Source: an uncultured virus (IMG/VR IMGVR_UViG_3300029448_000026)
Lineage: Duplodnaviria; Heunggongvirae; Uroviricota; Caudoviricetes
Strand: one strand, 5' to 3'
IMG/VR virus record: IMGVR_UViG_3300029448_000026
Span: 44,124-64,123 of that record
Length of the DNA stretch: 20,000 bases
The notes under the pieces were generated by a model. That model was not told the origin of the DNA, searched no databases, and worked only from the letters and a program-made list of their open reading frames with translations. The position numbers and the translations under genes are program-made. Shown in pieces: positions 1 through 7,428 of this stretch (positions are counted from its first letter, which is position 1; each line of letters opens with the position of its first letter).

Positions 1-5
1 TAATT

Positions 6-22
6 GTTAGTCACGCACTAAC
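6..22. promoter_or_regulatory. Palindromic operator-like site GTTAGT-N5-ACTAAC, copy 1
   Basis: GTTAGT CACGC ACTAAC directly upstream of the AAGGAG RBS of ORF 41; identical arms recur at 1573, 2869 and 3039. Confidence 0.75.
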
Positions 23-40
23 TAAACAAGGAGAAACTAA

Positions 41-1117
41 ATGTCATATAGATATCATTCAACAAACCTTAATACCTTTGCTGAAGTTGCTGAGTTATAC
101 AACACAGTAAAACCTGTGGTCAGTAAGAACCACCGTAGAGAAGATGACCTTAGACCGATAGGTGTTCGCACTAGAAAGAATGAACGCATCATCAAAGTAA
201 GTGATAACAAGTATATACTTAATGATGGGGAGTGCGATCCAATACCATTCTGGCATGGTTACAACCACAACAATGCTACTAGATTACCAACCATGAAAGA
301 GGTCGAGGCACTCGCACCGATAGTGTGGTCTATTGATCGTAAGGGTAACGAGGTTATCAAGATACGTAATGGGTCTGGTAAAGGGTCACACCAAACACGA
401 TACGCATTCCTTCAACATACCCTACCAGAGAATATGGGGCTTCTTATTGATAGTGGTAAGCAGTACATTCAACTTATACGACACTACAATCATGAGGCTG
501 AACATAAAAACTTCTTCCTACCAAAGAGTGAATATAATTGGAAAGATGGAGATTCAAAAGATGATGGTAGGCAGTTGTACTTTACCAGACCCATAAATCA
601 TAAGAACCCCCATACCCCTTGGAGTATCAAGGGTAACACGTTTACATTTAGCCCACCAAGGAAGAGGATAGATCTAGAACGTAAGGCTAGGGTCAAACCT
701 CTGTGCGATAAGTTCTATGAGTACATACTAGCCATGTATCCATTGGTCGAGTTAAAAGATAGTGGTTGGCATTGGTCTGTATACCAAGACAAGCTGTCTT
801 CTTTGCAAGAACACTTTGAGATCTTCTCAGGTACACTTGTGAAGGAAGGAAACCAACACCCTTACACACATTGGGACTGGGATAATAAGCACGACTTCGT
901 TGAACATGTACTAAAGAAAGAGGATCACCCATGTAGGGTCGTACTTCTAGAGTTGTTTATCATTGACAGTGAGTTGCACCAGATCAAGGTAGGGAACTCT
1001 CATGTACCTGATGACAAGTTATCAAGTGTCATACGCAACCAATGGAACAGATGGGTCAACAAAATATTTGATCTTGAGTATGTACATACTAAGGCAACCA
1101 TAGCGAGGGTGAAGTAA
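41..1117 (+). CDS. Phage hypothetical protein (358 aa)
   Basis: Long ORF with AAGGAG RBS; stop overlaps the next start (TAATG); no recognisable motif. Confidence 0.85.
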   Translation: MSYRYHSTNLNTFAEVAELYNTVKPVVSKNHRREDDLRPIGVRTRKNERIIKVSDNKYILNDGECDPIPFWHGYNHNNATRLPTMKEVEALAPIVWSIDRKGNEVIKIRNGSGKGSHQTRYAFLQHTLPENMGLLIDSGKQYIQLIRHYNHEAEHKNFFLPKSEYNWKDGDSKDDGRQLYFTRPINHKNPHTPWSIKGNTFTFSPPRKRIDLERKARVKPLCDKFYEYILAMYPLVELKDSGWHWSVYQDKLSSLQEHFEIFSGTLVKEGNQHPYTHWDWDNKHDFVEHVLKKEDHPCRVVLLELFIIDSELHQIKVGNSHVPDDKLSSVIRNQWNRWVNKIFDLEYVHTKATIARVK

Positions 1118-1614
1118 TGGGTTACCGTAGCGATGTAGTCATTGCACACTCTTTCATTTCTAAGAGCCACATGGAAGAGGTGCTTACCGTACTGACATTG
1201 GATAAGAGGTTTGCTGAGTACAAATTGGCAGACCACGTCTACACCAGCGAGGAGTACATACCACATGAAGACAAGTATATGTTTAACCTTGTGGTGGTTG
1301 GCGAACAATGGAAGTGGTATGAGGAAAGCCAATTTGGTGGGTATGAGGATGTAGCTTGCATTAATTCCTTACTTACAATCTGCCAAGATTTTAACACAGA
1401 AAGGGGTGTACCATACGCATACAAGTTTCTACGTATTGGTGAAGACGTGACCGATGAAGAGATGCGTGAGAAGGCAAGTGATTGTCAACATGGGGAATGG
1501 CTTGGAGAGATGCAAGATCGGGTCATGTTTATAAACAGAACAATAGAAAACGACTTCGCTAACTTACAATCAGTTAGTGGGTCACTAACCGAAAAGGAGA
1601 ATGACAATGAGTGA
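1117..1614 (+). CDS. Phage hypothetical protein (165 aa, acidic)
   Basis: Coupled to the upstream gene (TAATG), with GAGG upstream; function not recognised. Confidence 0.85.
   Translation: MGYRSDVVIAHSFISKSHMEEVLTVLTLDKRFAEYKLADHVYTSEEYIPHEDKYMFNLVVVGEQWKWYEESQFGGYEDVACINSLLTICQDFNTERGVPYAYKFLRIGEDVTDEEMREKASDCQHGEWLGEMQDRVMFINRTIENDFANLQSVSGSLTEKENDNE
1573..1589. promoter_or_regulatory. Palindromic operator-like site, copy 2
   Basis: GTTAGT GGGTC ACTAAC, 4 nt before the AAGGAG RBS of the next gene. Confidence 0.75.
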
Positions 1615-2632
1615 TAGTAGATTTTTAGATAGCAACTATAAGAAGGAAAGCCTAGAGAAGTTACACTCAGTGACTAGGAGTAAGAAATGTATTGTCAAAG
1701 GTGAGACCTTGAGAAACCTTCCTGTCATTAATGATGAGACAGAGATTAGTGAGGTGTTTGTTGATGTGTCAGGGGAGGCTCTATTTGGTGACAAATACAA
1801 TGTAAACTTCCCACAATTATTACACCACAGTACGACATATAAAGCTATTGTATTCGCCAAGGAGTTAGCACACAAGATCAGAGGTGTTGACTTTGCAGTG
1901 TGTTCGATAAAAAGGACTAAGAGTGTATTTTGGGTATTCATGGAGGAACAAGTTTATACGATGGGTCAGATTGGCTATGGGGATTTCTATACAACAACTA
2001 CCCCTGCCCAGTACGAGTACATGGTTAGTTCCTACCCTATACAAAACTACAAGTATGATTCGTATTCTGAGCAACACTACATGGCTAGGTCTATGCATAT
2101 AGACAAGGCTATAAAGAATGCGAGTTCTTATTTGCGTAACCCTGCACCGAAAGACGTAGCGATATTAAATGCATTCAAGGCTAAACGAGAGTTCACTGAT
2201 ATTGGTGATAATATAGAATACAAGGTAAGGAGTAGTGCCAAAGAGGTTTTGAACGATGAAGTTATGTTGATAAGAGAGTTGAGAAATCTTTTGGACACAG
2301 ATCATAAGTTCATACATGATGTTTTCCGTAGTAATGTTGAAAGATGGATACATGATACAGACGAGCTGGCCGATAGGAAACGTAAGGCACTCAACCTATA
2401 TCACGTTAGGGTGTACATGGAAGAGGATGTACAGACCTTCGATGTCATACCTATGGACAACGTACAAGGAGATGTACACAAATCTGTCGGAGACCTTGTA
2501 ACATATACTGTAGACAATGTACCAGAATATATAGTTGGTAAGGTGTCCGTATTATCCATGGTCAATGCTGAAACTTTTGTTGATGATGTGGGGTACAGAG
2601 ATGAAGCAGGTTGTTTCTACATTACACGATGA
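1607..2632 (+). CDS. Phage hypothetical protein (~341 aa)
   Basis: Long ORF; AAGGAG at 1594-1599 gives better spacing to ATG 1607 than to ATG 1601. Confidence 0.85.
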   Translation: MSDSRFLDSNYKKESLEKLHSVTRSKKCIVKGETLRNLPVINDETEISEVFVDVSGEALFGDKYNVNFPQLLHHSTTYKAIVFAKELAHKIRGVDFAVCSIKRTKSVFWVFMEEQVYTMGQIGYGDFYTTTTPAQYEYMVSSYPIQNYKYDSYSEQHYMARSMHIDKAIKNASSYLRNPAPKDVAILNAFKAKREFTDIGDNIEYKVRSSAKEVLNDEVMLIRELRNLLDTDHKFIHDVFRSNVERWIHDTDELADRKRKALNLYHVRVYMEEDVQTFDVIPMDNVQGDVHKSVGDLVTYTVDNVPEYIVGKVSVLSMVNAETFVDDVGYRDEAGCFYITR

Positions 2633-2873
2633 CTTGTTATCTAGTGACAGGGTATACCGTGTACAGATACCGATAGATAGGAAATACATAACTGTGATAT
2701 GTATTGGCATAGAATGTATTGACAAGGAATTAAAGAATTGCTACCATTCGATTAATGACTTACCAAATTGGTTGCAGGGCAAGATAGCGGTGCTTATGCT
2801 CTGTGACTTTAACGAGGAGATAAGGGGAGTTGGTCGGAGAGTGCGAGAGGATTTATTCTACATATTTGGTTAG
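2601..2873 (+). CDS. Phage hypothetical protein (~90 aa; start uncertain)
   Basis: ORF fills the space after the previous gene; globular-looking C-terminus (LPNWLQGKIAVLMLCD...GVGRRV) loosely resembles the C-terminus of the preceding protein (VPEYIVGKVSVLSMV...DVGYRD). Confidence 0.65.
   Translation: MKQVVSTLHDDLLSSDRVYRVQIPIDRKYITVICIGIECIDKELKNCYHSINDLPNWLQGKIAVLMLCDFNEEIRGVGRRVREDLFYIFG
2719..2747 (+). promoter_or_regulatory. Sigma70-type promoter inside a CDS
   Basis: TTGACA (2719-2724), 17-bp spacer, TACCAT (2742-2747), with extended -10 TG at 2739-2740. Confidence 0.55.
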
Positions 2874-2885
2874 TGCGTTACTAAC
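2869..2885. promoter_or_regulatory. Palindromic operator-like site, copy 3
   Basis: GTTAGT GCGTT ACTAAC overlapping the stop codon that ends at 2873. Confidence 0.75.
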
Positions 2886-2890
2886 TGATT

Positions 2891-2920
2891 GACCCACTTG
2901 GCTACGGCTGAGTGGGTTTG
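2891..2920 (+). terminator. Stable hairpin with c(UACG)g tetraloop; weak terminator or processing site
   Basis: GACCCACTTGGC-TACG-GCTGAGTGGGTT, a 12-bp stem including G-U pairs; only a short U tail. Confidence 0.5.
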
Positions 2921-2951
2921 ATGCCAGTTCCACCACTATTAGGGAGAAACG

Positions 2952-3104
2952 ATGAAGACAGAAGATTTACCAACTGATTTAACTTTGTTCCTGAGAGAGA
3001 TGGGATTAATTGAGGACATGGCTTTACCAAATAAAACGGTTAGTGCTACACTAACTTACAAGGTGTGGTTACCAACAAATAAAGAAGAGGAGATACCGTT
3101 TTGA
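2952..3104 (+). CDS. 50-aa microprotein ending in EEEIPF (not in the ORF track)
   Basis: GGGAGA RBS; MKTEDLPTDLTLFLREMGLIEDMALPNKTVSATLTYKVWLPTNKEEEIPF; its stop overlaps the TTG start of the next gene (TTGA). Confidence 0.7.
   Translation: MKTEDLPTDLTLFLREMGLIEDMALPNKTVSATLTYKVWLPTNKEEEIPF
3039..3055. promoter_or_regulatory. Palindromic operator-like site, copy 4
   Basis: GTTAGT GCTAC ACTAAC, 45 nt upstream of the VRR-NUC start. Confidence 0.75.
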
Positions 3105-3442
3105 AACCAGAAGCTAAAGTTAAACGTACAGTAACAAGTTATTTAAAGAACATGGGTGCATACTATTTTTACCCAGTAACAGGTGGGTATGGGGGTAGCG
3201 GAGTACCAGATATCATAGCCTGTTACGAGGGTAAATTTATAGCTATCGAATGTAAAGCAGGTAGCAACAAGCCCACACCATTACAAGAAAAAAATATTAG
3301 GGATATAAAAAACTGCGAGGGATTGGCATTAGTCATTAATGAAGAGAGTATGCATACTGTTGTTGATAAAATAGTGAGGTTCACTGCAAAAGTAGAGAGC
3401 AAAGAAATAGATATGAACAACATCTATAAGATGATGCAATGA
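3101..3442 (+). CDS. VRR-NUC domain nuclease (PD-(D/E)XK, resolvase-like)
   Basis: E..V, GVPDII, FIAIECKA, KPTPLQ motifs typical of phage VRR-NUC; GAGGAG RBS. Confidence 0.88.
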   Translation: MKPEAKVKRTVTSYLKNMGAYYFYPVTGGYGGSGVPDIIACYEGKFIAIECKAGSNKPTPLQEKNIRDIKNCEGLALVINEESMHTVVDKIVRFTAKVESKEIDMNNIYKMMQ

Positions 3443-3451
3443 GTTTTGTTG

Positions 3452-3617
3452 TCGGTGTTTTTTTGAGTTTGACACCGAGTAAGACAAGCAGTGAGAGTCT
3501 TACGACATGGAATATCCACTGCAACAAGAGGTAGTCTTAGTGTTAATGATGCACCTCCAACTACTGATCTTGTCGAGTAGGGTACGTAAAATCTAGCCCC
3601 CTACTGTAATAGGGGGC
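3452..3617 (+). ncRNA. Structured intergenic RNA candidate (hairpins and an H-type pseudoknot)
   Basis: Several complementary segments: 3452-59/3471-78, 3479-85/3497-3503, 3488-93/3517-22, 3524-29/3568-73, 3596-3603/3610-17. Confidence 0.4.
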
Positions 3618-3637
3618 GACTAAAAAAGGAGAACGAT

Positions 3638-3982
3638 ATGAGTATAGCTGACGAATTTAAACTTAGAGAAATACCAAAAACAAAGGGTTGGTACGCACCA
3701 AATAGGCGTAGACTGGTTAAGACAAAGTCTGGCAAGGTGCAGGTCCGAAAAGTAGCCGTAAAGATTGGGCTTAAAACGAATAATGTAGCAAAAGAAAGAG
3801 CTGAACGATTGAACAAAAGAAAAGAAAAGTATGAAGCCTACACGAAGAAGAGTGAGGAAATTAAGCTCTGGACTCTACGCGAGTTACTAATATTCTTGGA
3901 GGGGCGCGATCCCAAGAAGTCTGCCACTGTTTCTAACATTGTGAATGATATAGTTAGAGGTAAGTATAATGACGAGGGATGA
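3638..3982 (+). CDS. Basic hypothetical protein (114 aa)
   Basis: AAGGAG RBS; K/R-rich, possibly nucleic-acid binding. Confidence 0.8.
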   Translation: MSIADEFKLREIPKTKGWYAPNRRRLVKTKSGKVQVRKVAVKIGLKTNNVAKERAERLNKRKEKYEAYTKKSEEIKLWTLRELLIFLEGRDPKKSATVSNIVNDIVRGKYNDEG

Positions 3983-4247
3983 GATATTACGAGAAGCAAT
4001 GCGCCTCATAAATAACGACAGGGCAAAGGATTATGGTGATGCTTATATCAACCATGACCGTATAGCCAAGCTATGGTCCGTTATCATAGACAAAGAGATA
4101 ACAGTAAAAGATGTTATGATGTGTATGTTGTGTGTGAAACTAGCTCGTTTGATCCATGCAGATAAGGCCGATAGTTGGGTAGACATATGTGGTTACGCAG
4201 GATTAGGAGGGGAGTTGAGTGGGAAAACAAATGACGATATGCCCTAG
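3969..4247 (+). CDS. DUF6378-like protein (putative nucleotide diphosphohydrolase fold)
   Basis: IL.EA..LI..DR..DYG.....H.RIA.LWS...VK.AR......DSWVDICGYA pattern. Confidence 0.8.
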   Translation: MTRDEILREAMRLINNDRAKDYGDAYINHDRIAKLWSVIIDKEITVKDVMMCMLCVKLARLIHADKADSWVDICGYAGLGGELSGKTNDDMP

Positions 4248-4380
4248 ATGTGGGCAAGAAACTACTATGATACCTGTGCATGGACACTACCAATGTATAC
4301 TATGTATGAGTGTTGTTGACGATTGCTGTAATGGTTTAACTTGTCAAAAACCAAAGGAGGAAGAGGAAGATGAGCAATGA
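4231..4380 (+). CDS. 49-aa Cys/His zinc-finger microprotein (not in the ORF track)
   Basis: MTICPRCGQETTMIPVHGHYQCILCMSVVDDCCNGLTCQKPKEEEEDEQ; ATGA overlap with the polymerase start. Confidence 0.75.
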   Translation: MTICPRCGQETTMIPVHGHYQCILCMSVVDDCCNGLTCQKPKEEEEDEQ

Positions 4381-6203
4381 GTATGAATTTAATTACATTA
4401 GACTTTGAAACATACTATGACAAAGATTACTCGTTGAAGAAGGTTACAACCGAAGAGTATATACGCAGTCAAGATTTTGAAGTTATAGGTGTTGGTGTAA
4501 AGCTAAACGAAGAAGAAACCCAATGGGCGAGTGGTACACACAAACAAGTTAAGGAGTACTTACTTACCTTCCCCTGGTGCAACAGTGTGCTAAATGCGCA
4601 TAACACTATGTTCGATGGGAGTATTCTTAATTGGGTCTTTGATATAAAACCAAAATTGTTTGCAGATACATTGTGTATGGCTAGAGGTATACATGGTGTA
4701 GATAAGAGTGCTAGTCTGGATGCTTTGACTAAACGATACGACATAGGTGTTAAAGGTAAAGAAGTGCTAAACACTTTAGGTAAGCGAAGAGAAGATTTTA
4801 CCAAAGAAGAACTGTCTAGATTTGGTGACTATTGTGTTAATGATGTAGACCTTACGTTTGAGTTGTTTAAACTTATGGGTAAGAATTTCCCCAAGAAAGA
4901 ATTTAAGTTAGTCGATTTAACTTTACGTATGTTTATAGAACCTACCTTGGACTTGGACGTGATATGGTTAGAGAATCATCTTAGAGAAACACGTCAACGT
5001 AAAGATAAGATGTTGGTAGATGCAGGGTGTAGCAAAGAAGATTTGATGAGTAACCCCAAGTTTGCAGAACTACTGAAAGGGTTTGGTGTTGAGCCTCCCA
5101 CAAAGACAAGCCTTACAACTGGCAATAAAACTTTAGCACTTGCCAAGTCTGATGAGGGTTTTAAGAAACTCATACATCACCCCAACGAAGAGGTTAAAAA
5201 ACTAGTGGGGGCTAGGCTTGAACTAAAAAGCACCTTAGAAGAAACAAGAACTGAGAGATTCATAAACATAGGTAAACGTGGTCTACTGCCTGTCCCAGTA
5301 AAATACTACGCGGCACACACTGGTAGATGGGGTGGTGATGACAAGATAAACTTACAGAACCTACCAAGCAGAGGGGATCACGCAAAAAGATTAAAGTCCA
5401 GTATTGTTGCTCCGCGTGGTTGCACGTTGATTGATGCCGACTCTTCTCAAATAGAAGCAAGGGTATTAGCGTGGCTTGCGGAACAAACTGAGCTTACAGA
5501 AGCGTTTAAAAATGACGAAGATGTATATAAGAAGATGGCATCAGCTATATATAATGTAGGAGAAGATAGTGTAACTAAAGACCAACGGTTCGTGGGTAAG
5601 ACTACTATACTTGGCGCAGGTTATGGTATGGGTGCGTTGAAGTTCCAGAACCAACTCCAAACATTTGGTTTTAGTATGGGTATAGACGAGGCTAGGCACG
5701 TCATTAAAATATACAGAGATACTAACGACAATATAAACAAGTTGTGGCGTGATGCCCAACGATTCCTCCAAGGTGCTGTAAATGGAGACGATAATCAATT
5801 TGGGTTGCGCGGTGTTCTAAAAGTAGAGAAGGGTAGAATAAAATTACCTTCTGGTCTTTATATATCTTATGATGGATTGGAAGCTACTCAAACAGACTTG
5901 GGGTTTGAGTATAGCTACATGACACGTAATGGTAAGACACGAATCTATGGCGGAAAGATAATAGAAAATGTATGTCAGGCCATAGCACGTTGCATTATAG
6001 GCGAACAAATGATAAAGATAGCTAATAAATATAAGGTAGTTCTGACTGTCCACGATAGCATCGTTTGTTGTGTAAGAGATAAAGAAGCAGAAGAGGCACA
6101 ACAATACATAGAAGAATGTATGCGTTGGACACCAGAATGGGCAGGCGGACTCCCAGTTAATTGTGAGAGTGGAAAAGGTAAATCATATGGAGATTGCGAG
6201 TGA
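4377..6203 (+). CDS. polA: Phage family A DNA polymerase with 3'-5' exonuclease
   Basis: ExoI DFET, ExoII HNTMFD, ExoIII YCVND; TGRWGG, NLQNLP; motif A DSSQIEAR, motif B RFVGKTTILGAGYG, motif C TVHDS. Confidence 0.95.
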   Translation: MSMNLITLDFETYYDKDYSLKKVTTEEYIRSQDFEVIGVGVKLNEEETQWASGTHKQVKEYLLTFPWCNSVLNAHNTMFDGSILNWVFDIKPKLFADTLCMARGIHGVDKSASLDALTKRYDIGVKGKEVLNTLGKRREDFTKEELSRFGDYCVNDVDLTFELFKLMGKNFPKKEFKLVDLTLRMFIEPTLDLDVIWLENHLRETRQRKDKMLVDAGCSKEDLMSNPKFAELLKGFGVEPPTKTSLTTGNKTLALAKSDEGFKKLIHHPNEEVKKLVGARLELKSTLEETRTERFINIGKRGLLPVPVKYYAAHTGRWGGDDKINLQNLPSRGDHAKRLKSSIVAPRGCTLIDADSSQIEARVLAWLAEQTELTEAFKNDEDVYKKMASAIYNVGEDSVTKDQRFVGKTTILGAGYGMGALKFQNQLQTFGFSMGIDEARHVIKIYRDTNDNINKLWRDAQRFLQGAVNGDDNQFGLRGVLKVEKGRIKLPSGLYISYDGLEATQTDLGFEYSYMTRNGKTRIYGGKIIENVCQAIARCIIGEQMIKIANKYKVVLTVHDSIVCCVRDKEAEEAQQYIEECMRWTPEWAGGLPVNCESGKGKSYGDCE

Positions 6204-6868
6204 GCATAACCCCTTGGTCTTTTAGTAGACTTAAGTCTTTTGAGCAGTGTCCTAAACAGTTCTTCCATTTAAAGATGGTAAAGGATTATGAGGATAAAGT
6301 GTCAGAAGCTATGATGTATGGAACTAAGGCACACTTGATTGCTGAAGAATACATACGTGATGGTAAGCCGATACCAAAACCCTTTGCTTACATGGAGGGA
6401 CCTCTTAAGGCTCTTAACAATAAGCGTGGTAACAAGTTTACAGAAATGAAGTTAGGCTTAACCGAAGAGCTGAAGCCTTGTAAGTTTAATTCTAAAGACG
6501 CTTGGTTCAGGGGTATTGTTGACTTGGTTATTATCAAAGATTATAAGGCATGGATCATAGATTATAAGACTGGAAAGAATCCACAAAATGCAGATAAAGG
6601 CCAACTTGAATTGATGGCTTTAGCTATATTTAAGTACTTTCCTTTTATAGAAAACATCAGTGCAGGTTTGCTATTCACAGTTAAAAAAGTATTTATAACA
6701 TCTAAGTATCATGTAGATGATAGCGAAACTCTTTGGAAAAACTGGAGGGAAAGGCATGATAGAATGAAGATGGCTGTAACATCGAATGTATGGAACCCGA
6801 ACCCAAGCGGTCTTTGCTATCGCCACTGTCCTGTGGTAGAATGTGTGTATAATGGAGCGAATAGATAA
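6200..6868 (+). CDS. Cas4/RecB-like PD-(D/E)XK exonuclease with predicted Fe-S cysteines
   Basis: WSFSRL..FEQCP, GIVDLV, IIDYKTG, Q..LMA and C-terminal CYRHCPVVEC; GTG 6200 overlaps the polA stop, with GGAG 7 nt upstream. Confidence 0.88.
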   Translation: MSITPWSFSRLKSFEQCPKQFFHLKMVKDYEDKVSEAMMYGTKAHLIAEEYIRDGKPIPKPFAYMEGPLKALNNKRGNKFTEMKLGLTEELKPCKFNSKDAWFRGIVDLVIIKDYKAWIIDYKTGKNPQNADKGQLELMALAIFKYFPFIENISAGLLFTVKKVFITSKYHVDDSETLWKNWRERHDRMKMAVTSNVWNPNPSGLCYRHCPVVECVYNGANR

Positions 6869-7074
6869 TGTTAGTAGATTTAGAAGAAAAACAAATACAG
6901 CTACTTATTTTAGCTACTAATTATTACTTAGATGAAAAGTCTTTCTCGCGCTTCATAAACTTAAAATACGAGACACATGAAGAAGAAGATAAACTAGACA
7001 AAGACTATAAGTTATTAAGTGACGCACAAATGAAATTGTACGAAGCAGTACAACGGTATAAAAAAAGAGGATGA
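6868..7074 (+). CDS. Hypothetical protein (68 aa)
   Basis: TAATG coupling with GGAG upstream. Confidence 0.7.
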   Translation: MLVDLEEKQIQLLILATNYYLDEKSFSRFINLKYETHEEEDKLDKDYKLLSDAQMKLYEAVQRYKKRG

Positions 7075-7169
7075 TATGGTTTTTTATATTGTCCCTAGCA
7101 GTAGCACTAACTTTCGTACTAACAGGTTTAGTATGGATATTGAAAAACAAAAATGGGAGTAAGTACTAA
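7071..7169 (+). CDS. 32-aa single-transmembrane microprotein (not in the ORF track)
   Basis: MIWFFILSLAVALTFVLTGLVWILKNKNGSKY; ATGA overlap upstream and TAATG overlap downstream, exactly filling the gap. Confidence 0.6.
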   Translation: MIWFFILSLAVALTFVLTGLVWILKNKNGSKY

Positions 7170-7417
7170 TGCCCTACACTAAGTCACCAAGACCTTATAA
7201 AAAAGAATATAAGAAACAAAAAGAAAGAGGGGAACACCCTGATAGGATGGAACGTCAAAGAGCTAGGCGCAAGTATGATAAGAAGGGGATAAGTCGTAAA
7301 GGTAAAGATGTATCCCACAATAAAATGTTAAGTCGAGGGGGATCTAACAAAGATGGTACAAAATTAGAAAGTCCATCAAAGAATAGGAGTAGGAACGGCA
7401 AAAAGCCGAAGAAGTAG
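7169..7417 (+). CDS. Small basic HNH-like protein
   Basis: DVSH.K.LSRGGSN....L....KNR resembles an HNH beta-beta-alpha core; GGGAG RBS. Confidence 0.7.
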   Translation: MPYTKSPRPYKKEYKKQKERGEHPDRMERQRARRKYDKKGISRKGKDVSHNKMLSRGGSNKDGTKLESPSKNRSRNGKKPKK

Positions 7418-7428
7418 AGGAGAACGAA

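Noticed and set aside
3457..3482. T7 run before the pseudoknot as a -1 frameshift site
   Set aside because: The -1 frame reaches a TAA within a few codons, and the spacing to the pseudoknot is too long.
3608..3624. Degenerate fifth operator (AATAGG-GGGCG-ACTAAA) before an RBS
   Set aside because: Four mismatches, whereas the other copies have invariant arms; it overlaps a hairpin that explains the sequence.
6200..6868. Cas4-like nuclease as evidence of a CRISPR system
   Set aside because: No repeat-spacer array or other cas genes; such nucleases are routine in phage replication modules.
7169..7417. HNH homing endonuclease or intron
   Set aside because: Only 82 aa, free-standing between intact genes, with no interrupted host gene or intron core.
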